Source of the DNA: Lachnospiraceae bacterium
GTDB lineage: Bacteria; Bacillota; Clostridia; Lachnospirales; Lachnospiraceae
Direction: 5' to 3'
NCBI GenBank assembly: GCA_022779165.1
Contig: JALFTO010000124.1
Coordinates: forward strand, 1 to 54,942
DNA: 54,942 nucleotides
Shown: one piece after another, positions 49,228 to 54,942 of the stretch
Layout: each line of letters begins with the position of its first letter
Numbering within the stretch: the first letter of the stretch is position 1
Translations under genes and position numbers: made by a program
The notes under the pieces: generated by a model
Databases searched by the model: none
Seen by the model: only the letters and a program-made list of their open reading frames with translations
What the model was told of the DNA's origin: nothing

Positions 49228-49647
49228 ATGGTTCAATTAATTGTAGGCAAAAAAGGAAAAGGCAAGACAAAGCAGTTATTGGATAAAGTAAATAGTGCAG
49301 TAAAAGAAGTTTCGGGAAATATCGTATATCTGGATAAGAGTTCCAAGAATATGTACGAGTTGAACAACAAGATCCGACTGATCAATGTAAGCGATTATAT
49401 GATTTCGGATTGTGATGAGTTTATCGGTTTTATCTGCGGCATCATTTCCCAGGATCATGACCTGGAGCAGATGTATCTTGACAGTTTTCTCGTGAACGCA
49501 CATCTGGATGGAACGGACGTTGCTCCTGCCATCGCAAAACTTCAGAAGATCAGCGATACCTTCAAGGTTGACTTTGTACTTAGTATCTCGTTGGATGAAG
49601 CGGAAATTCCGGATAGCTTAAAGGAAAATATCATTGTATCTCTCTAA
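49228..49647 (+). CDS. Small conserved clostridial P-loop protein of unknown function
   Basis: N-terminal GKKGKGKT Walker A; QMYLDS Walker-B-like; 139 aa. Confidence 0.8.
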   Translation: MVQLIVGKKGKGKTKQLLDKVNSAVKEVSGNIVYLDKSSKNMYELNNKIRLINVSDYMISDCDEFIGFICGIISQDHDLEQMYLDSFLVNAHLDGTDVAPAIAKLQKISDTFKVDFVLSISLDEAEIPDSLKENIIVSL

Positions 49648-49660
49648 TAAATACAAGACA

Positions 49661-49694
49661 AAAGAGCCTCTGCTGGTTTGCAGCAGAGGTTTTT
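49661..49694 (+). terminator. Intrinsic terminator
   Basis: GCCTCTGCTG-GTTTG-CAGCAGAGGT-TTTT. Confidence 0.8.
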
Positions 49695-49744
49695 ATTCGC
49701 AGACCCGCAGATAGGAAAATGCTACAGTTGAAGGGAGAAAGAAA

Positions 49745-51139
49745 TTGGCTGGGAATTCCTCGGGTAACATCAGACAGTATAGAAAACCGTTAAATATCAA
49801 TCTTGGAATGATCATTTTCAGTGTTATTTTTATCTATATCATTATCTGTGTCTGTCTGTATTTTAAATCCAAACATATTGTGGGTTATGAGGTCAAAGCC
49901 GGCTCCCTGTCCGTCAACAATGTATACAAGGCGCTCGCACTCCGCTCTGAGGAGATCATACCTTGTAACGATTCCGGATACATCAATTATTATGCGAGGG
50001 AAGGCGGGCGTGTTGCTGTCGGAAACCTTGTGTATACGGTGGATGAGACCGGCAAGCTCTCCGATCAGATGCAGGGCAGTGAGATAGGTGAGAACAGCCT
50101 TTCCGAATCGGATTTAAATGAGTTGAAATCCGAGATCCTCGGGTTTACCAATACGTTTGATCCCAAAGAGTTTAACGATGTTTACGACTTCAAATACGGT
50201 GTTCAGGGAACGGTGATGAAGCTTGCAAATTACCGTATCCTTGAGAGTTTTGATACGTTGAACAGTGTCGGTAACGCCGGCAGTATCCAGTTCTATAACG
50301 CTGCCAGGACAGGGATCGTCGTCTATTCCACGGACGGTTATGAGGAACTGAAACCGGAACAGGTGACGGAGAAGGATTTTGATATCACTCAATACAAAAA
50401 GGAACAGCTAGTCAGCAATGCATTGATCAATAAGGGAGACCCTGCGTTTAAGCTCTGTACCAGTGAGGACTGGTCGCTCATGATCCCGGTGACGGAAGAG
50501 AGAGCCGCTGAACTGGAGGAAGCCGAATATGTACAGGTGAAATTTCTGAAAAATCAGAATATTTCCTGGGCAAAAGTAGCGATCCACAGGAATGAGGATG
50601 GTGTTTATGCGGAGTTGATCCTGAACAATTCCATGATCACTTTCTGTACAGACCGGTATGTGGATATCGAACTGATCACGGAGGCTGAGAGCGGGCTCAA
50701 AATCCCGAACTCGGCTATCGTTGAGAGGGAATTTTTCCTTGTCCCGACAGAGTATGTCACAAAGGGTGGCAACAGCGGACGGGAAGGTGTGCTGAGAGAA
50801 GCTTATACGGAGGATGGCAGCGCCACCACAGAGTTTATCGAAACCACGATTTATAACGAGAAGGACGGGGAGTATTATCTGGATGATTCCAGTCTGCGGA
50901 TCGGTGATTATCTGATTAAGCCGAATTCTTCTGAGAAATATCCTGTGAGCAAGCGTGCCACACTGATCGGGGTTTATAATATCAACAAAGGTTATGCAGA
51001 CTTTAAGCAGATCAATATTTTATATAAAAATGATGAATATTCCATCGTGGAATCCGGCACAACTTACGGATTGAGCGTATATGACTATATCGTTCTGGAC
51101 GCGGAAAGCGTCAACGAGAATGATTTTATCTATGAATAG
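49745..51139 (+). CDS. HlyD/RND membrane-fusion (periplasmic adaptor)-like protein
   Basis: One N-terminal TM; barrel-sandwich halves (SG.I.Y...EG.RV..G and A..GIV.Y..DGYE) around a helical hairpin; GLKIP.SAI; GL..YD.IV tail. Confidence 0.7.
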   Translation: MAGNSSGNIRQYRKPLNINLGMIIFSVIFIYIIICVCLYFKSKHIVGYEVKAGSLSVNNVYKALALRSEEIIPCNDSGYINYYAREGGRVAVGNLVYTVDETGKLSDQMQGSEIGENSLSESDLNELKSEILGFTNTFDPKEFNDVYDFKYGVQGTVMKLANYRILESFDTLNSVGNAGSIQFYNAARTGIVVYSTDGYEELKPEQVTEKDFDITQYKKEQLVSNALINKGDPAFKLCTSEDWSLMIPVTEERAAELEEAEYVQVKFLKNQNISWAKVAIHRNEDGVYAELILNNSMITFCTDRYVDIELITEAESGLKIPNSAIVEREFFLVPTEYVTKGGNSGREGVLREAYTEDGSATTEFIETTIYNEKDGEYYLDDSSLRIGDYLIKPNSSEKYPVSKRATLIGVYNINKGYADFKQINILYKNDEYSIVESGTTYGLSVYDYIVLDAESVNENDFIYE

Positions 51140-51151
51140 GAGTGTGATCCA

Positions 51152-51847
51152 ATGAGTATCGCTGAAAATATCGGACAAGTAGAGGTGAACATCGATACGG
51201 CTTGTGAAAAGAGCGGCAGAGAAAGAAGCAGTGTGAAACTGATCGCAGTCAGCAAGACAAAACCGCTTTCTATGCTGGAAGAGGCGTATACTTACGGCTG
51301 TAGGGATTTTGGCGAAAACAAAGTCCAGGAGCTGACAGAAAAATACGAACAGCTTCCGAAGGATATCAGGTGGCATATGATCGGGCATCTCCAGCGCAAT
51401 AAAGTGAAATATCTCATCGGGAAAGTGTTTTTGATCCACAGTGTGGATTCCTTAAGACTTGCGGAGGAGATCAGCAAGGAGTCTGTCAAGAAACAGGTGA
51501 CGACCGATATCCTTGTCGAGGTAAATGTGGCAAAAGAAGATACAAAATTCGGTCTGTATACCGAACAGGCGGCAGATCTTGTGGAACAGATCTCAAAATT
51601 GCCCGGGATTGCAGTCAAAGGTCTTATGACGATTGCCCCTTATGTGGACGATCCGGAAGAAAATCGCATTTATTTCAAGTCTTTAAAGCAATTATCTGTT
51701 GACATAATGCGGAAAAACATTGATAATGTGTGTATGGATATTTTATCAATGGGAATGACCGGTGATTATCAGGTAGCAGTGGAAGAAGGAGCTTCCTATG
51801 TAAGAGTTGGCACCGGTATTTTTGGTGAGCGGCAATATTCCGTATAG
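51152..51847 (+). CDS. yggS: YggS/YlmE family PLP homeostasis protein
   Basis: IAVSKT, FGENKVQE, WH.IGHLQ.NKVK, GLMT.AP, LSMGM..DY..A.EEG...VRVG..IFG.R. Confidence 0.95.
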   Translation: MSIAENIGQVEVNIDTACEKSGRERSSVKLIAVSKTKPLSMLEEAYTYGCRDFGENKVQELTEKYEQLPKDIRWHMIGHLQRNKVKYLIGKVFLIHSVDSLRLAEEISKESVKKQVTTDILVEVNVAKEDTKFGLYTEQAADLVEQISKLPGIAVKGLMTIAPYVDDPEENRIYFKSLKQLSVDIMRKNIDNVCMDILSMGMTGDYQVAVEEGASYVRVGTGIFGERQYSV

Positions 51848-51871
51848 AGAGGGAGAATAGGAGAACGAGTT

Positions 51872-52378
51872 ATGGGCGTGATGGACAGGTTTTTGAATGC
51901 TATGAGGCTGACGGAAGACGAAGAAGGCTATGATGACTACGACGATTACGAAGAAACGCCGGAAGAGAAAAAGGCTTCAAAAAGAACTTCTCTTGCCGTA
52001 AAGGAAGCGGATGTCGAGGAGCCTCCGGCAGAGAAAGCACAAAAGAAAGCGCCGAAGGTTACACCGATGAGACAATCACCGCGCAAGGTGATAGGAAATG
52101 GTATGGAGGTTTGCGTAATCAAGCCGACCTCCGTGGAAGATGCCAGAGAGATTACGGAGACGTTGCTTGCAAATCGTACGGTGGTTCTGAATCTGGAAGG
52201 GCTGGATGTTGATATTGCCCAGAGGATCATCGACTTTACATCGGGTTCCACTTTCGCGATCAGCGGCAATCTTCAGAAAATATCTCATTATATCTTTATT
52301 GTGACACCGGCCAGTGTTGATATTTCCGGCGATTTTCAGGAAATTATCAATGGTTCCTTTGATGTTCCTGCCCTATAA
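51872..52378 (+). CDS. sepF: Cell division protein SepF
   Basis: N-terminal amphipathic helix; P....DA.EI...L.....V.LNL......AQRIIDF.SG...A..G. Confidence 0.93.
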   Translation: MGVMDRFLNAMRLTEDEEGYDDYDDYEETPEEKKASKRTSLAVKEADVEEPPAEKAQKKAPKVTPMRQSPRKVIGNGMEVCVIKPTSVEDAREITETLLANRTVVLNLEGLDVDIAQRIIDFTSGSTFAISGNLQKISHYIFIVTPASVDISGDFQEIINGSFDVPAL

Positions 52379-52411
52379 AAACGGATTTGATGATCAGATA
52401 ATAACATGTTG

Positions 52412-52442
52412 GAACTTCCTGTTACGGCAGGAAGTTCTTTTT
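52412..52442 (+). terminator. Intrinsic terminator after sepF (UACG tetraloop)
   Basis: GAACTTCCTGT-TACG-GCAGGAAGTTC-TTTTT. Confidence 0.8.
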
Positions 52443-52455
52443 GGGAGAAGAGCTT

Positions 52456-53556
52456 ATGACAAAGAGATTACCTGTATCCACCGGTGAACATACCGGGTAT
52501 GATATTGTGATAACCGGGGATTTTGCAGCACTCGCAGACGAACTTAAGCCGTTTGGCATTGATAAAAAACGCCTATGTATTGTGACGGATTCCAATGTGG
52601 AGAAATTGTATGCGGAAGAAGTGGCAAAGTGTCTGCGTGATCATTGCGCGCAGCTTCAGATTTATGTGTTCCCGGCAGGCGAAGAGAACAAAAATCTGGA
52701 TCAGATCAAAGAACTGTACCGTTTCCTGATCGAGCACAAGTTTGACCGCAAGGATATGCTGCTTGCGCTCGGCGGAGGCGTCACCGGTGATATGACAGGC
52801 TATGCTGCCGCGACCTATCTTCGGGGAATTGATTTCGTTCAGATTCCGACCACGCTGCTTGCACAGGTGGACAGCAGCATCGGAGGGAAGACGGGCGTCG
52901 ACTTTGATCAGTACAAGAATATGGTCGGAGCATTTCATATGCCGAAGCTGGTATATATGAATCTGGCTGTGTTAAAAACACTCGATGACAGACAGTATGC
53001 CTGCGGAATGGCTGAGATTCTGAAACATGGTCTGATTAAAAACAGTGATTACTATGAGTGGTTGATCAATCATTTCTATGAGATCAATGAGCGTGAGCTT
53101 GATGTTGTGGAGAAGATGGTGGAGGAAAGCTGTAAGATCAAACGCGATGTTGTACAGCGTGATCCCATGGAAAAAGGAGAGAGAGCGCTGTTAAATTTCG
53201 GACATACACTTGGCCATGCGATCGAAAAATATAAGGATTTTACCATGCTTCACGGGGAATGTGTAGCACTCGGCTGTATTGCCGCATCCTATATTTCCTG
53301 GAAGCGAGGAATGCTTCCGATGGAAGAATATTATGAGATCCGCGACATGTTTGTGCCGTTCGGACTCCCGATCTCCATCCAAGATATCGATCCGGAGGAG
53401 ATCCTCAAGGCAGCCAGGTCTGATAAGAAAATGGAAAACGGGAAAATCAAATTTGTCCTGTTGAAACAGATCGGAGAAGCTGTGACAGATTCAACCGTGA
53501 CATTTGAAGAAATGGAAGCGGCACTGAAAGAAATTCTGTACAGTGTAGAAGACTAA
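52456..53556 (+). CDS. aroB: 3-dehydroquinate synthase
   Basis: ALGGGV.GD..GY.AATY.RG, PTTLLAQVDSSIGGKTG, LLNFGHT.GHA.E, HGE.VA. Confidence 0.96.
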   Translation: MTKRLPVSTGEHTGYDIVITGDFAALADELKPFGIDKKRLCIVTDSNVEKLYAEEVAKCLRDHCAQLQIYVFPAGEENKNLDQIKELYRFLIEHKFDRKDMLLALGGGVTGDMTGYAAATYLRGIDFVQIPTTLLAQVDSSIGGKTGVDFDQYKNMVGAFHMPKLVYMNLAVLKTLDDRQYACGMAEILKHGLIKNSDYYEWLINHFYEINERELDVVEKMVEESCKIKRDVVQRDPMEKGERALLNFGHTLGHAIEKYKDFTMLHGECVALGCIAASYISWKRGMLPMEEYYEIRDMFVPFGLPISIQDIDPEEILKAARSDKKMENGKIKFVLLKQIGEAVTDSTVTFEEMEAALKEILYSVED

Positions 53557-53582
53557 ACACGTATCAACAGAAAGGAACCGAT

Positions 53583-54110
53583 ATGAATAAACAAAAAAAG
53601 CATCTGCTGATCGCAGATTTCCTTGGGCTTGCAGCACTGGTGCTGGCAGATCAGTTTACAAAATATATCGCTGTGATCCATCTGAAGGATCAGCCGGCTA
53701 TCCCGATCATCGACAATGTGCTGGAACTCAATTATCTTGAGAACAGAGGGGCGGCCTTCGGAATGCTCCAGAATCAGAAGGTTTTCTTTGTTTTTGTCGC
53801 GATTCTGATCCTGACAGTGATTGGTTATGTGCTCTTTAAGGCACCTGAGAAAAAGAAATATACCATTCTCCATGTGCTGCTTGTGATGATCGCATCCGGT
53901 GCGCTCGGAAACATGATTGACAGGCTGCGTTTTGAGTATGTGGTGGATTTTATTTCTTTTGTCCTGATCAATTTTCCGATCTTTAATGTGGCGGATATCT
54001 ATGTGACTGTTGCGACTGTGGCACTTGTGATCCTTCTTTTGTTTGTGTACAAAGAGGATGATCTGAATTTTATCAGTTTCAAGCAGAAGAAATTCCGCGA
54101 AGTGAAGTAG
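53583..54110 (+). CDS. lspA: Lipoprotein signal peptidase (SPase II)
   Basis: DQ.TK, N.GAAFG, GALGN.IDR....YVVDF, FNVAD. Confidence 0.96.
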   Translation: MNKQKKHLLIADFLGLAALVLADQFTKYIAVIHLKDQPAIPIIDNVLELNYLENRGAAFGMLQNQKVFFVFVAILILTVIGYVLFKAPEKKKYTILHVLLVMIASGALGNMIDRLRFEYVVDFISFVLINFPIFNVADIYVTVATVALVILLLFVYKEDDLNFISFKQKKFREVK

Positions 54111-54121
54111 GATAGATTTTT

Positions 54122-54942
54122 ATGGATGAAAATACAATTACAATCTGTGTGTCGGAAGAAATGGAGGAGAGCAGGCTTGATAAATGTCTGCTCTCTTATA
54201 TGGATACCCTCTCAAGAACTTATCTGCAGAAGCTGATCAAGGACGGCCTTGTGTTGGTGAACGGGCGGACTGTGAAAGCAAATTATCAGGTGAAAGCAGA
54301 GGATATGATCAGTGTGACGGTTCCACCTTCGGCAGAACCTGATATCAGACCGGAAAATATCCCATTGTCGATCCTGTATGAGGATGACGATGTTTTGATT
54401 GTCGATAAGCCCAAAGGGATGGTAGTACATCCTGCGCCGGGGCATTATTCGGGGACGCTTGTGAATGCGCTCATGTACCATTGCAGGGATTCCCTCTCCG
54501 GGATCAATGGCATCCTGCGTCCCGGCATTGTCCATCGGATTGACAAGGACACGACAGGCTCTGTTATTGTCTGTAAAAATGATTTCGCGCACGCATCGAT
54601 CGCAGCACAGCTGAAGGAACACAGCATCACACGGAAATACGTTGCGATCGTACATGGCATCATAAAAGAGGATCAGGGAACGATCGATGCACCGATCGGC
54701 AGGCATCCGACTGACAGAAAGAGAATGGCGGTGAATGATCGAAACGGAAAAGGCGCAGTGACACACTACCGGGTTCTGAAACGGTTCTCAGAGTATACCT
54801 ATGTGGAGTGCCGTCTGGAAACCGGCAGAACCCATCAAATCCGCGTGCATATGAGTCATATCGGTCATCCACTGCTTGGCGATGAGGTGTATGCACCGGG
54901 GAGGAAAAACAAGTATCATCTGCAGGGGCAGACACTCCATGC
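54122..54942 (+). CDS. rluD: RluA/RluD family pseudouridine synthase (3' truncated by window)
   Basis: Not in the ORF track because it has no stop in the window. Reads MDENTITICV...RLDK (S4 domain), ILYED, KPKGMVVHP..GH..GTLVNAL, RPGIVHRIDKDTTG, LETGRTHQIRVH. Confidence 0.92.
   Translation, partial: MDENTITICVSEEMEESRLDKCLLSYMDTLSRTYLQKLIKDGLVLVNGRTVKANYQVKAEDMISVTVPPSAEPDIRPENIPLSILYEDDDVLIVDKPKGMVVHPAPGHYSGTLVNALMYHCRDSLSGINGILRPGIVHRIDKDTTGSVIVCKNDFAHASIAAQLKEHSITRKYVAIVHGIIKEDQGTIDAPIGRHPTDRKRMAVNDRNGKGAVTHYRVLKRFSEYTYVECRLETGRTHQIRVHMSHIGHPLLGDEVYAPGRKNKYHLQGQTLH

Noticed and set aside
1-54942. CRISPR arrays, tRNA/rRNA genes, prophage, integrase or reverse transcriptase
   Set aside because: No regularly spaced repeats, cloverleafs or such protein motifs were seen. 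Intergenic gaps outside the islet are too short.

Overview
Core-genome segment of a spore-forming Clostridia bacterium (gene content and protein sequences suggest Lachnospiraceae). Almost all genes are on the + strand. Order: ftsK 3' end, fhs, a Zn-ribbon/TPR membrane protein, nfnAB, a membrane protein, rlmH, a VanW-family protein, pdp, yqfC-yqfD-phoH-(degenerate PgpH-like HD protein)-ybeY, a SpoVB/MurJ-like flippase, a BofC-like protein, two flavoproteins, proB-DUF896-5-formylTHF cyclo-ligase, a convergent AraC/cupin pair, proA and an LDH-like dehydrogenase. A ~3.5 kb AT-richer accessory islet follows (24.6-28.1 kb), then miaB-sulP-mutS-mutL-miaA-ynbB-like, DUF4321-radC-mreBCD-pbp2-minCDE-rodA-mgsA-dac, a small P-loop protein, an orphan HlyD-like adaptor, and yggS-sepF-aroB-lspA-rluD (partial). 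I see no rRNA, tRNA, CRISPR array or integrase. The islet is the most interesting part. It holds an XRE repressor facing a secreted repeat/Cys-His protein whose signal peptide is cut off by a single in-frame TAA. It also holds an Rpn/PD-(D/E)XK gene preceded by a ~200-nt structured leader RNA and probably containing an internal antitoxin ORF. Outside the islet, the notable items are an ANTAR-like terminator/antiterminator in front of the LDH-like gene, a likely leaderless sigma-E transcript (yqfC), and housekeeping-locus proteins with altered catalytic or interaction motifs (PgpH-like HD->HR, MreB, MinC, LDH Q102P). All structures and alignments were done by eye; no database search or folding program was run.
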